Assembly: GCA_045530935.1 (NCBI GenBank)
Contig: JAZSDC010000032.1
Location: forward strand, 1,223-65,222
Origin: Candidatus Enterousia sp.
GTDB taxonomy: Bacteria; Pseudomonadota; Alphaproteobacteria; Rs-D84
Direction of reading: 5' to 3'
Length of the DNA stretch: 64,000 nt
In this document: piece by piece, positions 26,326-36,743 of the stretch
How positions within the stretch are numbered: the first letter of the stretch is position 1
How the letters are laid out: each line of letters begins with the position of its first letter
Notes under the pieces: generated by a model
The model's input: only the letters and a program-made list of their open reading frames with translations
Databases searched by the model: none
What the model was told of the DNA's origin: nothing
Translations under genes and position numbers: made by a program

Positions 26326-29300
26326 ATGTCAAATAAGTTAATTGTTGATGGAAATTGGGCGGCGGCTGATGTCGCTTATAGATGTGTGGATTTTGCGGCG
26401 ATTTATCCAATTACCCCCAGCAGTACTATGGGTGAATTGGCGGATGAATGGTCTTTTCAGCATAAAAAGAATATTTGGGGTGCGATTCCACAGATAATTG
26501 AAATGCAATCCGAAGCAGGGGCGGCTGGTGCAATGCATGGGGCGTTGCAGATGGGCAGTTTGGCAACTACCTTTACTGCATCTCAGGGGTTATTGTTGAT
26601 GATTCCGAATATGTATAAAATTGCTGGGGAACAGACACCGTTTGTTATGCATGTGGCGGCGCGCGCATTGGCAACGCATGCGTTGTCAATCTTTGGCGAT
26701 CACAGTGATGTTATGTCTGTGCGTTCGGTTGGTTTTGCAATGCTGTCATCGCACAATGTGCAACAGGCGCACGATATGGCGGCAATTGCACATGCTGCGA
26801 CGATACGGGCGCGTGTGCCATTCTTGCATTTTTTTGATGGTTTTCGTACCAGCCACGAAGAATCACGACTGATTCGCATAGAAGATGAAATTTTGGAAAA
26901 ACTGATTCCGAATGATTTGGTTTTAGCGAATCGTGCGCGCGGAATGACACCTGATAAACCAGTAATTCGTGGTACAGCGCAAAATCCTGATGTTTATTTC
27001 CAGGGACGCGAGGCAGCCAATCCATTATATGAAAAAACACCGGAAATTGTACAGCAATGTATGGATGAATTTGCTGAATTAACTGGGCGTAAATATAACT
27101 TGGTTGATTATGTGGGGGATGAAAACGCGCAAAATGTTATTGTCGCAATGGGCAGTGGGTGTGAAACAATTGAAGAAACACTGGCTCATCTGCCATCTGG
27201 ATTGGGTGTGTTAAAGGTGCATTTATATCGTCCTTTCCCGGTAGAGGCGTTTTTAAAAATGTTGCCCAAGACAGTGAAACGAATCGCTGTTTTAGACAGG
27301 ACCAAGGAACCGGGCAGTATCGGTGAACCATTGTATCAGGATGTAAAATCGATTGTGCCAGATGGGGTTGCGGTCTTTGGTGGACGTTATGGTTTGGGGT
27401 CCAAAGAATTTAAACCAAGGGACGTCAAGGCGATATATGAAAATCTGATGCGTGGTACATTACACCATAACTTTACTGTTGGAATTGATGATGATTTGAT
27501 GGGATTGTCGTTGAAGACGGATGCGGCGTTCTCGGTTGAAGATCCTAATTTTAAAACTGCGATTCTATATGGTATCGGCAGTGATGGTACAGTTGGTGCG
27601 GTTAAGAATATTGTGAAAATTGTTGGGGAAAATTCTGATTTATATCCACAATCATATGCGGTTTATGATTCGAAAAAATCGGGTGGATTGACGGCGTCTC
27701 ATATTCGCTTTTCTGATGCGCCGATTAAAAGTCAATATTTGGTAGAAGTAGCTGATTTTATCAGTGTTTCTAACTTTATGATTGCTCAGCGGTTTGATGT
27801 GTTCCGCGGTCTGCGTGCGGGTGGAACCGTAATGATTAATACATCATTAGCGCCAGACGTTGCGTTTGCAAATTTGCCACGCGACACCCAGGAGCACTTA
27901 ATTAGAATTCGTGCAAATGTATATTTCTTGGATGCGAATCGCGCGGCGGCAGAATTGGGATTGGGAAATCGTATTAACACATTTATTATGTTGAATTTCT
28001 TTAATCTGACAAATGTAATTGAACCAGCCCAGGCGGCAATCAGTGCCAAGGCGGCCATTGAAAAAACTTATAAAAAGAAGGGAATGGAAGTCGTTCAGGC
28101 AAACTGGGCCGCAGTAGATAAGGCGGTGGAATATTTGTATAAATATGATGTTCCTTCGTCTGTGTCAAATTTTGCGCCCGATTTTATCCCTGCGATGACG
28201 TTGGAAGCGCCTGCTGAAATTGCTGGAACTTTGGGTGAAATGGCTGCGCAGCGCGGGGATGCGATACCGGTATCACGTTTTCGTGTTGATGGTGAATTTG
28301 GTGCGGGACAATATCCTGTTGGTACATCAAAATATGAAAAACGTGCAATATCTGACAAGGTTGCAACAGTTGATTTGGACAAATGTATACAATGTGGTAA
28401 ATGTTCTATGTTGTGTCCGCATGCTGTTATTCGTATCAAGGCATTGGATGAGGCGCAGGCCGAAGAACTGCGCGCCAAGGGGGTGCATGTTGTTCCGATG
28501 AAAACGCCAGAGTTAGGACCAAATATGTATTTTACAATAAATATTTCGCCTGCAGATTGTACAGGGTGCAATATTTGCGTGAAAAATTGTCCGACAGGTG
28601 CTTTGTCAATGGTGCCTGCGCGTGATGTGATGGCGGAAAATCAGGCGGCGTTTAATGCTGCAGAAAAGATTCCAGATTTCCCACGTGAAAAATTGAATTT
28701 AAATATTCCAAAGCATGTGGAATTGTTGCCGCATTATTTTGAGTTCCCAGGTGCATGTGCGGGGTGTGGTGAAACACCGTATGTGAAATTGCTGTCGCAT
28801 CTGTTTGGGGACAGGATGGTTGTTGCAAATGCGACGGGATGTTCGTCAATCTATGGTGCGAATTTGCCAACAACGCCATGGACCAAGGACAAGGCAGGGC
28901 GTGGTCCTGCATGGTCTAATTCGCTGTTCGAAGATAATGCGGAATATGGTTTGGGAATGCGATTGGCGCTGAATCAAAAACGTCATTCCCTAAAAGGTTT
29001 GTTGTTTGAGTTGGGTTTTGAAAATGTTGAAGATTTGTTCGATGAAAAAAATCCGGATAAACAGCGTGAAATAGAACAAACATTGCGCCAGCAGCTGGCA
29101 AAAATCGATGGGCCGCGTGCACGCTTGGCGGAAAGTCAAATTGGTGAAATTGTTGATAAGTCTGTATGGATTATTGGTGGTGATGGATGGGCGTATGATA
29201 TTGGCTATGGTGGTGTTGACCACATATTGCACAGTGGTGAAAATGTAAATGTTTTGGTGTTGGATACTGAAGGATATTCGAATACAGGTGGACAACAGTC

Positions 29301-29838
29301 AAAATCAACGCCATTTGGTGCCAGTATGAAGTTTGCAATTGGCGGTAAGGAACATGCCAAGAAGGATCTGGGGATGATTGCAATTATGTCCGGTGCATAT
29401 GTTGCGCAGATTGCCTTGGGGGCGAATCAGGCCCAGGCGATTCGCGCATTCCGCGAGGCAGAATCTTTTGATGGGCCATCAATCATATTGGCGTATGCAC
29501 CATGTATTGCGCATGGGTTTGCGCTGCAAAATGGCGCAGAACATCAGATGCAGATGGTGCAGACAGGGGCGTGGCCATTGTTCCGATTCGATCCGCGTTT
29601 GATTGCAGATGGTCATAATCCGTTGACAATGGATTCCAATGTGGATAATCCAACTGCGTTAGAGGAATTCTTGAAAACAGAAAGCCGATTTGCGGCTGCA
29701 CGTGCAGTAAATCCGCAGTTTAACAAGTTGGTCGATTTAGCCAAGGCAAATAATTCATACAGAAGCGAATTAAAGAAGCATATCGCGCAATTTGCAATGT
29801 TGAACAAGCCTGGTGTTAAAGAAAATGGCGAGGGGTAA
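26326..29838 (+). CDS. nifJ: pyruvate:ferredoxin (flavodoxin) oxidoreductase
   Basis: 1170 aa single-chain PFOR. Two 4Fe-4S motifs CIQCGKCSMLCP and CTGCNICVKNCP, TPP-binding GGDGWAYDIGYGG. Confidence 0.95.
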   Translation: MSNKLIVDGNWAAADVAYRCVDFAAIYPITPSSTMGELADEWSFQHKKNIWGAIPQIIEMQSEAGAAGAMHGALQMGSLATTFTASQGLLLMIPNMYKIAGEQTPFVMHVAARALATHALSIFGDHSDVMSVRSVGFAMLSSHNVQQAHDMAAIAHAATIRARVPFLHFFDGFRTSHEESRLIRIEDEILEKLIPNDLVLANRARGMTPDKPVIRGTAQNPDVYFQGREAANPLYEKTPEIVQQCMDEFAELTGRKYNLVDYVGDENAQNVIVAMGSGCETIEETLAHLPSGLGVLKVHLYRPFPVEAFLKMLPKTVKRIAVLDRTKEPGSIGEPLYQDVKSIVPDGVAVFGGRYGLGSKEFKPRDVKAIYENLMRGTLHHNFTVGIDDDLMGLSLKTDAAFSVEDPNFKTAILYGIGSDGTVGAVKNIVKIVGENSDLYPQSYAVYDSKKSGGLTASHIRFSDAPIKSQYLVEVADFISVSNFMIAQRFDVFRGLRAGGTVMINTSLAPDVAFANLPRDTQEHLIRIRANVYFLDANRAAAELGLGNRINTFIMLNFFNLTNVIEPAQAAISAKAAIEKTYKKKGMEVVQANWAAVDKAVEYLYKYDVPSSVSNFAPDFIPAMTLEAPAEIAGTLGEMAAQRGDAIPVSRFRVDGEFGAGQYPVGTSKYEKRAISDKVATVDLDKCIQCGKCSMLCPHAVIRIKALDEAQAEELRAKGVHVVPMKTPELGPNMYFTINISPADCTGCNICVKNCPTGALSMVPARDVMAENQAAFNAAEKIPDFPREKLNLNIPKHVELLPHYFEFPGACAGCGETPYVKLLSHLFGDRMVVANATGCSSIYGANLPTTPWTKDKAGRGPAWSNSLFEDNAEYGLGMRLALNQKRHSLKGLLFELGFENVEDLFDEKNPDKQREIEQTLRQQLAKIDGPRARLAESQIGEIVDKSVWIIGGDGWAYDIGYGGVDHILHSGENVNVLVLDTEGYSNTGGQQSKSTPFGASMKFAIGGKEHAKKDLGMIAIMSGAYVAQIALGANQAQAIRAFREAESFDGPSIILAYAPCIAHGFALQNGAEHQMQMVQTGAWPLFRFDPRLIADGHNPLTMDSNVDNPTALEEFLKTESRFAAARAVNPQFNKLVDLAKANNSYRSELKKHIAQFAMLNKPGVKENGEG

Positions 29839-29840
29839 AG

Positions 29841-30275
29841 ATGAAGAAAGTAATGTTATTGTTGTTTGGTATGATTTGTGTGGCAGCTTGCACATTTCAG
29901 ACCAAGCATCGCGGTTATGTTTTTCCATCTGATTTAAAAGGGCAGGTGGCTGATATAAAAACAACGTCTGTGTTGCTGGAAAGGGTTGGTGCCCCCCAGG
30001 TGAAAACGGTTTATGGTGACGAAGTATGGATTTATTATGGCGCGGATGAAAATTATCGTGGACCATTGGCGCCAACCTTTACAGATGAAACGGTATTGTT
30101 GGCATGGGTCAAGGGTGGACGCGTTTTGAAAACGTTGGTGTTAGAAGATGCCCAATTGCCAGATATTAAAATTGCAGATGGCGAAACAGAGATTCCTGCA
30201 GCGATAGAGCTGAATGCGCTGGAAGAATTGTTTAATAACATAGGGCGTTTTAGTCCGGCGGGTTTGGGACAGTAA
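29841..30275 (+). CDS. bamE: outer membrane protein assembly factor BamE (SmpA/OmlA lipoprotein)
   Basis: Lipobox VAAC followed by HRGYVF...G.P. BamE-like blocks. 144 aa. Confidence 0.7.
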   Translation: MKKVMLLLFGMICVAACTFQTKHRGYVFPSDLKGQVADIKTTSVLLERVGAPQVKTVYGDEVWIYYGADENYRGPLAPTFTDETVLLAWVKGGRVLKTLVLEDAQLPDIKIADGETEIPAAIELNALEELFNNIGRFSPAGLGQ

Positions 30276-30340
30276 AAAGCGTGTCGCATGATGCACTTTT
30301 TATCTTGTTTGAATGTGATAAATAGTGTAGAATATTAGGT

Positions 30341-30883
30341 ATGAGAATGAAATTTTTTATCTTTGCAGCCGTTTCATTAATTATGCCAATTGTTGCGAAT
30401 GCTGCGTTTACGTCGTGTGGTCCTGGGTATATTCTGGTCGAAGGGCGCCAGAAAATCGATGGGGTGCCTGTGGCGGAATGTCAAAAATTATGGTGCCGTG
30501 ATTTGGAAAATGGCAAGATGATGGGTGAAGGGGCCAAGGCAAATTCAGGGTATCAGGCAACAGATACGTATTCAGAATTGTGTGATGCAAATGACGTTTG
30601 TGTTGAATGTTGGGGCGCACGTAAGTGGTGCGCAGGCGAAGCGCGCGGGGAATGGAATCCTGAATATGGTGCATATACCCGTGGTGGCGATAATGCAACA
30701 TATTTGTCATATCAAAAAGGGTCTTGTTTTTCGTGGAAATTAGAAAAACCGAATTGTGAATCGGGATTAACAGCGGTTATCCAAGATGGGAAATGGGTTT
30801 GTGCGGCTGCGACTGGTTCGACCGAAGGGGGGCGTGCATCTGGTGTGCGCAGAACTGGTGGAATGCGACGTTTTTCACGATAG
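30341..30883 (+). CDS. secreted cysteine-rich protein (180 aa)
   Basis: Signal peptide ..IVANA, 12 Cys, basic Gly/Arg tail. Confidence 0.75.
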   Translation: MRMKFFIFAAVSLIMPIVANAAFTSCGPGYILVEGRQKIDGVPVAECQKLWCRDLENGKMMGEGAKANSGYQATDTYSELCDANDVCVECWGARKWCAGEARGEWNPEYGAYTRGGDNATYLSYQKGSCFSWKLEKPNCESGLTAVIQDGKWVCAAATGSTEGGRASGVRRTGGMRRFSR

Positions 30884-30887
30884 AGTT

Positions 30888-30917
30888 AAAATCCCGGATG
30901 TTGCCGGGATTTTTTTG
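30888..30917 (+). terminator. rho-independent terminator
   Basis: atcccgg-atgttg-ccgggat plus T7. Confidence 0.85.
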
Positions 30918-30947
30918 TGTCAATCATTTGTTTTTTTCTTTTTTTTG

Positions 30948-30956
30948 TGTTATAAT
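30948..30956 (+). promoter_or_regulatory. extended -10 element (TGtTATAAT) upstream of carD
   Basis: TGTTATAAT about 42 nt upstream of the carD ATG. Confidence 0.45.
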
Positions 30957-30998
30957 GTTCCAAGATGAGAGAATGGCAACCGCAAGAAGGTATCCATA

Positions 30999-31559
30999 AT
31001 GCCAAGTAAAAAATTAGATTTTAAGTCAGGACAGTACGTAGTATATCCAACCCAGGGTGTTGGCAAGCTGTTGCGTATAGAAGAGCAGACAGTTGCCGGA
31101 CAAAAGGTTAAAATGTTGGTTATTGATTTCGAAAGAAATCATATGACATTGCGTGTTCCTGTTGAACGGGCCGAGATTTCAGGTCTGCGTCCATTGACAT
31201 CGATGAAAAAGATGGACGAGGCAATTGCATCCGCCAAAGGCAAGGCAGGTGCAAAACGTATGATTTGGGCGCGTCGTGCAGCGCAATATGAAGAAAATAT
31301 TAATTCGGGCGATCCAATGAAACTGGCCGAAGTTGTTCGTGATTTGCAACGTCGCAGTGCTGCGGACACTATGACATTTTCGGCGCGTCAGTTGTATTTG
31401 CGTGCATTGGAACGTATGGCCCAGGAATTCGCCGTCTTACACAAGGTTGATTTAGATGTCGCATCAGATAAAATTGAAGATATTTTAGGTGTGCCAAAAG
31501 AAATTGATTTAAATGCCGTGGATGTTGAAGACGATGATATAGAGGATGAAGATTCTTAA
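30999..31559 (+). CDS. carD: CarD/CdnL-family RNA polymerase-binding regulator
   Basis: FKSGQYVVYPTQGVGKLLRIEEQTVAGQKVKMLVIDF, typical CarD_TRCF N-domain. Acidic tail. Confidence 0.9.
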   Translation: MPSKKLDFKSGQYVVYPTQGVGKLLRIEEQTVAGQKVKMLVIDFERNHMTLRVPVERAEISGLRPLTSMKKMDEAIASAKGKAGAKRMIWARRAAQYEENINSGDPMKLAEVVRDLQRRSAADTMTFSARQLYLRALERMAQEFAVLHKVDLDVASDKIEDILGVPKEIDLNAVDVEDDDIEDEDS

Positions 31560-31568
31560 AGCTGTATT

Positions 31569-31599
31569 AAAAAAAACGCCCGAATGGGCGTGTTTTTTT
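31569..31599. terminator. bidirectional terminator (carD / ssb)
   Basis: acgccc-gaat-gggcgt flanked by A8 and T7. Confidence 0.85.
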
Positions 31600-32050
31600 A
31601 GAACGGTATATCGTCGCCAATATCTGCAACTGATATTTCTTCGCGTGGTGCGGCGGCGGGTGCAGCCGCGTAATCGGATGCGGCACCGTCCATTGTTTTT
31701 GCACCAGACAAGATAACCATTTGACCACCGAATGGATTTAATACAACTTCGGTTGTAAAGACGTCTGCGCCGCTTTGGTTTTGCCATTTGCGTGTACGCA
31801 GTGAACCTTCGATGTATAATTTTGTTCCCTTTTGCAACATGCGTTCTGCAACTTCGACCAGGTTTGGATTAAAGATTACAACGCGATGCCATTCTGTTTG
31901 TTCTTTCTGTTCGCCTGTTGCGCGGTCACGCCATCTGTCAGATGTTGCCAGTGAAAAGCTGACAACCTTTTGACCGCTGCCCATTGTGCGGACCTGGGGT
32001 TCTTGGCCGATGTTGCCGACCAATATGACTTTATTTATACTTCCTGCCAT
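31598..32050 (-). CDS. ssb: single-stranded DNA-binding protein
   Basis: [23 protein letters not shown] fold, C-terminal DDIPF tip. Confidence 0.95.
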   Translation of the reverse strand: MAGSINKVILVGNIGQEPQVRTMGSGQKVVSFSLATSDRWRDRATGEQKEQTEWHRVVIFNPNLVEVAERMLQKGTKLYIEGSLRTRKWQNQSGADVFTTEVVLNPFGGQMVILSGAKTMDGAASDYAAAPAAAPREEISVADIGDDIPF

Positions 32051-32132
32051 GTGTCACTTCCTTTGTTTTATTTTGTATAATGGATTTGACCAGGAATGTA
32101 TAAAAAAAGCAAGATTTTTTTACGGCAGATTT

Positions 32133-34010
32133 CTAAAAAAAGATTTTGCCACGCGCGAATGTGTAAATTTCATCTGTGCCATATGGATTGTCAACAAATC
32201 CGACGGTTATAAATCGATAATTTGCCGAATATTCGACTGCAGGTTTCCCAGCCAGGTTAATTGATTGGCTGCGAAACATATATTCGCCGTTTGTGTTGCG
32301 TCCAATTGGCACGTTCAGGTACACATTGCCAGATATTATTGTATCAGGTGTGCCAACCGAGAATGTGAAATCCCGGTGTGAAATTCCAATTTTTGCGGAT
32401 GCGGTCATTATATTAGAAAATTCAGATATAATCGATTCGTTTGTGCTGTGCGGTTTGGTTGTTCCGAATTCTGCATCCCAGAATAAATTAGCACGCCCCA
32501 TGTTTATATTGTTACTGAATCCAATAAACGTTGTGATTGGATCAGATTCTGTTCCGACGAATCCATTTGATTGGAACATATTATTTTTCTTAAATCCGAA
32601 CTTTATATTATTAAATTGCACAACAGATTTATGATTATTCGTCAAGCGTTCATATCCAATGCCACGGTTTTTAACAGATATATTATCGTTCAGTTTTGTT
32701 TCAAATGCACGTCCGAATTCGTCAACAAATGAAAAAGTCAGGTTTTCTGATTTTATTTTATGACCGATTGCCCCGCTGACGCGTACAGTATTCAGGGCGA
32801 CGTTTGCATTGTTTTGTATTGGAACCAGTGCCGCGCCCACAGGTCGGGTTGCGCGTTCCAGGTCCAGCATTCCATGTCCATAGATTTCGTCGACACCAAT
32901 TTCCCCCAGGTCGCGCGCCGTTGTGAATAACAGTTGGGTTATTTCAGTTGATTTCATGTATGGAAAAGCCTGGCGTATGACGGCGATGGCGGCGGATACG
33001 ATTGGGGCGGCAAAGCTGGTGCCGTTTAAGGGTTTTGTTGTTTTTGGTGATTCCAGGTCTGTTCCTGGGGCGGTGATGCAATAATTTTTTGTTATGCCGC
33101 ATGCGTTACTGAAATCAGCCAAGGCGCCGGTATTGCTGTCCCATGCGACAACGTTTACAAAATGTCCGTTTGTTTCTGGGACATGCAATGGGATTGTGGA
33201 CATTGCGCTGGATTGAGATTTGTAATCATTTCCCGCCGCCCAGACAAGTATTGCATCGTTTTTTACTGCGGCATTGGTTATTGCGTCTATAAAATTTTTA
33301 TCTGTGATTTTTTCCAGGTGTTGTTTATTTTTGACATCGGTTGCGAATATGTTTGTAGCGGACCAGCTGAAATTATATATATTTGCATTTGTTACAGATT
33401 GTATAACATCGCCAATTTCGTGAAAAGAATAAAAATTTTCGGTTGTTTGTGATATCTGGTACAGGTCTACATTTGCGTTTGGGGCGATATGTCCGCCCGC
33501 CATATATGCGACGTTTCGTGCGTGCCATGTGTTTGGTGCGGCGTCGAAGACTGCGATATTTGAACCTGCGCCGGTATATCCGCGTGCCAAAGAATATGCG
33601 GCGCGTATATCGTTGTATTGATTAATATTTCGTGTATATTCGCGTGTTGTTGTAATTGCCGCCATTGTGATTTCATCGACATCGGCGCCGACCATATCGT
33701 ATTGGATTGGCAATGTTGGGGTTGGGGTGGATTGGTGGTGGTGGGCGTCATTTGAAGTGCCGCCAATTAATGCGATTGCGCCACCGACCAATGCGATTGT
33801 GCCACCGGTAATTGTTGTTGCGGTTGCAAAAGATAATTTTTGTTCATTATTGCCATGTTCGACATTAATGCATTTATCAGGATTATATCGACGGTACATT
33901 TCGTTTGCGCAGTTATTCGCATACGCCACCGACGCGCCAAATGCGACATAGATAAAGACGGTCAAAGATAAAATTCGTTTAAACACGATATAAATCCCCA
34001 TTACACACAT
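32133..34010 (-). CDS. S8 (subtilisin-like) serine protease autotransporter
   Basis: Signal peptide. Asp (IAVFDAA), His (HARNVAYMAGGH) and Ser (GTSFAAPIVSAA) contexts. ~270-aa C-terminal beta-domain ending in FF. Confidence 0.8.
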   Translation of the reverse strand: MCVMGIYIVFKRILSLTVFIYVAFGASVAYANNCANEMYRRYNPDKCINVEHGNNEQKLSFATATTITGGTIALVGGAIALIGGTSNDAHHHQSTPTPTLPIQYDMVGADVDEITMAAITTTREYTRNINQYNDIRAAYSLARGYTGAGSNIAVFDAAPNTWHARNVAYMAGGHIAPNANVDLYQISQTTENFYSFHEIGDVIQSVTNANIYNFSWSATNIFATDVKNKQHLEKITDKNFIDAITNAAVKNDAILVWAAGNDYKSQSSAMSTIPLHVPETNGHFVNVVAWDSNTGALADFSNACGITKNYCITAPGTDLESPKTTKPLNGTSFAAPIVSAAIAVIRQAFPYMKSTEITQLLFTTARDLGEIGVDEIYGHGMLDLERATRPVGAALVPIQNNANVALNTVRVSGAIGHKIKSENLTFSFVDEFGRAFETKLNDNISVKNRGIGYERLTNNHKSVVQFNNIKFGFKKNNMFQSNGFVGTESDPITTFIGFSNNINMGRANLFWDAEFGTTKPHSTNESIISEFSNIMTASAKIGISHRDFTFSVGTPDTIISGNVYLNVPIGRNTNGEYMFRSQSINLAGKPAVEYSANYRFITVGFVDNPYGTDEIYTFARGKIFF

Positions 34011-34187
34011 AAATATAGTACAAATGCATGGTTTGTCAAGGCGGTAATGAGTCTATATCCTATCCTGGTTTTTATTGTTGAAATATATGATGTTGATTGA
34101 TAATATAATACAGTAGGATAAAGGCAGGGATTTTGCATAAAATACGACGTAAAAATACAATGATATTGTATTTTTTGGGGTTGGGGA

Positions 34188-36371
34188 ATGAATGTACGCA
34201 AAATAATTTTTTCTGTGTTATCGATGATGCTGGTGTTACGGCCGTCGTTGGTCGTCGCTTTTGATTCGTGGCCTAATGTGTATTTTGATATAGTAAAAGT
34301 GTATAATACCAATGGGAAAGAAGGACTTGTTGCCTGTTTAGAAAAAGACAATGTTTTTGATGTTTTTCCATGGTGGTACAGACAGAAGAATGCTGATACA
34401 CTTATGATTCTTGGTACAGTGGAACTTCATGATGATGATTATGGAAATAAAAGGGGATCGTATAATGTTAATTGGTTAGTGTACTGTGATGATGATGGTA
34501 TTGAACAATATCTTTTTGAAGATTATGTGACTATGGGTGGGCCTTTGGGTGTGCTGCTTGGAAAAAATTTAAAGACTATACAAGGAGCACAATACTATTA
34601 TGGTAACACTCTTGTATGGGAACCAAGTGTAACTCCTTCTGGTTTTATACGAGGTGCAACTAATTCATCGATTAATGTTTCATGTCCAGATGGATTAATT
34701 TATCATGATGGAATGTGTCAAGATTATGATAGTATAAAAGGCTCGTGTAGTAAAGGAACTAAAGCTCTTACTGGTAATGCGGCTGCGGGTATTCAAGCTG
34801 ATGATCCATGGACAACGCATGAATATACAGTTCATTTGTATGCTGCTGCTGCAGGTAAGAAGCGTGTTTTAAAGACTGGAAATACGGCTGATGGTGCGGT
34901 GCTGATTTGCAGATTAGAGAGTGATAAATATATGTATACTAACTGGTCAAAAGAGATCTGGTGTACCAGTAGCAATGACCCCATTCAGCACGAAACGGCA
35001 ATGCGGCTCTTTATATGTGATAAGAATGTTGGGTGGGTGGAAAAGCCCCTTCCCTGGTGCAGTAACGCGGCGAATATTAAAGATAAGGTGTTGACTGGGC
35101 TGAATGGACAAAAGGGGCTATCTTGTAAAGATAGAGGCGTCGGCTGCCGGGTGGGTTTTTCAGGCAGTAACTGCGCCTATTTATATTGTTCAGGCGACAG
35201 CCAGCCTGATTTAGAAAAAAAGACATGCCTTACAAGTCAGCAATATGGAAATTTAACACAAGAACAAAAAGAACGTGTAGATCAAGAAGTTCGTCGTTCG
35301 ATTGGAGAGTGTAAGAACATGCGCTCCGCTTATGAAAAAGATGTTCAGGCTTGTGAAAACAGTGGTGGAACGAATGGTTTTACGTGGAACGGACCAGACA
35401 AACAAAGACTGGAAACTGTAACTGTGGATGGCGTGCAGGATTTGTCAGGCGAATATATAGTGGAAACAGACGAAAAATATTGGGATACAGCTGCTAACGC
35501 GATGAAAAAAAAGAATAAATTAAACTGTAGTTACGAAAAAAACTGTGTATGTAATGCTAAAAATACGGAAGTAGAGTCCAATGTAAGATGTAAGTGTATA
35601 GCAGAACATGCGTGGGAAGATAGAGAGAACAAAAAGAGAGGGTGTAAAAAAATTGATGAGGCAAAACTAAGAGCTGATTGTGCAAATATTATTAGAGATA
35701 AGGGCTGTGCCCTAGATCCAACACTAGATCCGTGTATAGAACCAAGAGGTGAATATAGTTGTGAATGCGTATCCAAAAAATATGAAGGGTATTATAGATT
35801 GGATTTTAATACATTTGAGTGTGTGGCAGATTCAACATTGGCAATATGTCTGCCGTTGATTACGAAAAGACATGCCGAATGGGAAAACGGTGAATGCAAA
35901 TGTATAGATCGTGGTAGTGGCGAAAATATAAGACAATATCATTTAATAAATGGTGAATGTCTGGAAACATCGGAATCTGTTGCTGAACGAAATAGAAGAA
36001 ATGCCGCTGAACGCCTGGACGCGTTGATAGATGCAGATGAACAAGCAAACAATGCATTTAATAGAGGGGTTTCAAATATTCAAGAAGGATCCAAGCAGAT
36101 AGTGCGTGATGCGTATGATAAATTAAATAATCTGCAAGAAGAGGCGGATTTAAAACAAAGTGTGTGGCGTAACAAGGATGGAAAATTTAATACAATGCGT
36201 CTGTTGTCTGATTCTGTGGCAGGGGTTGCATTGGGGACCGTTGGTGGGGTGTGGGTGCATGAAGTTCTTAGAAAAAATCAGATAGAATCAGGTTTCGAAG
36301 CTATTGGTTGTACTGTTGGCGGTGAAACGGTGGCAGATTTTGGTTCTGTATTTCAAATTGGATTTAAATAA
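34188..36371 (+). CDS. 727-aa secreted cysteine-rich protein with EGF-like CxC spacing and a C-terminal hydrophobic anchor
   Basis: Signal peptide, more than 50 Cys, C-terminal LLSDSVAGVALGTVGGVWV segment. Confidence 0.85.
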   Translation: MNVRKIIFSVLSMMLVLRPSLVVAFDSWPNVYFDIVKVYNTNGKEGLVACLEKDNVFDVFPWWYRQKNADTLMILGTVELHDDDYGNKRGSYNVNWLVYCDDDGIEQYLFEDYVTMGGPLGVLLGKNLKTIQGAQYYYGNTLVWEPSVTPSGFIRGATNSSINVSCPDGLIYHDGMCQDYDSIKGSCSKGTKALTGNAAAGIQADDPWTTHEYTVHLYAAAAGKKRVLKTGNTADGAVLICRLESDKYMYTNWSKEIWCTSSNDPIQHETAMRLFICDKNVGWVEKPLPWCSNAANIKDKVLTGLNGQKGLSCKDRGVGCRVGFSGSNCAYLYCSGDSQPDLEKKTCLTSQQYGNLTQEQKERVDQEVRRSIGECKNMRSAYEKDVQACENSGGTNGFTWNGPDKQRLETVTVDGVQDLSGEYIVETDEKYWDTAANAMKKKNKLNCSYEKNCVCNAKNTEVESNVRCKCIAEHAWEDRENKKRGCKKIDEAKLRADCANIIRDKGCALDPTLDPCIEPRGEYSCECVSKKYEGYYRLDFNTFECVADSTLAICLPLITKRHAEWENGECKCIDRGSGENIRQYHLINGECLETSESVAERNRRNAAERLDALIDADEQANNAFNRGVSNIQEGSKQIVRDAYDKLNNLQEEADLKQSVWRNKDGKFNTMRLLSDSVAGVALGTVGGVWVHEVLRKNQIESGFEAIGCTVGGETVADFGSVFQIGFK

Positions 36372-36396
36372 AAATGCCCGGCTGGGCATTTTTATT
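36370..36396. terminator. bidirectional terminator
   Basis: atgccc-ggct-gggcat flanked by A5 and T5. Confidence 0.8.
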
Positions 36397-36403
36397 GTTA
36401 TTG

Positions 36404-36673
36404 TTAACGAATTTTTTGAATCAAATCAGATATCATCCAACCATTACCACGCTGAAATTGATTGAATTCAATGTCGAACGTTTCTGTTTCGATTGGTGCT
36501 GTGGCCAATGTCGCAGATTCAATATCAATTGGTTCGTTCGTCGATTCGTTCAAAAACGCTTCCATTGTTCCGGTGCCGCGTACATTATAAACGTTCGCAA
36601 CGCATGTCCCAGAAAATGTACATGGGCGATCTTGTTCGTGACCCAAATGTGCACACATATCACATACTGACAT
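36404..36673 (-). CDS. 89-aa protein with N-terminal Cys cluster (C4, C7, C18, C24) and acidic C-terminus
   Basis: ORF fills the gap between the pth stop and the terminator on the same strand. AAGGGA lies 9 nt upstream of the ATG. Two overlapping + strand ORFs have no such signals. Confidence 0.45.
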   Translation of the reverse strand: MSVCDMCAHLGHEQDRPCTFSGTCVANVYNVRGTGTMEAFLNESTNEPIDIESATLATAPIETETFDIEFNQFQRGNGWMISDLIQKIR

Positions 36674-36743
36674 ATTTAAATCCCTTTGTTATGTTAATCT
36701 TGTTGGGTATATTAACACATAAAACGGATTTGTCAATATGTAT

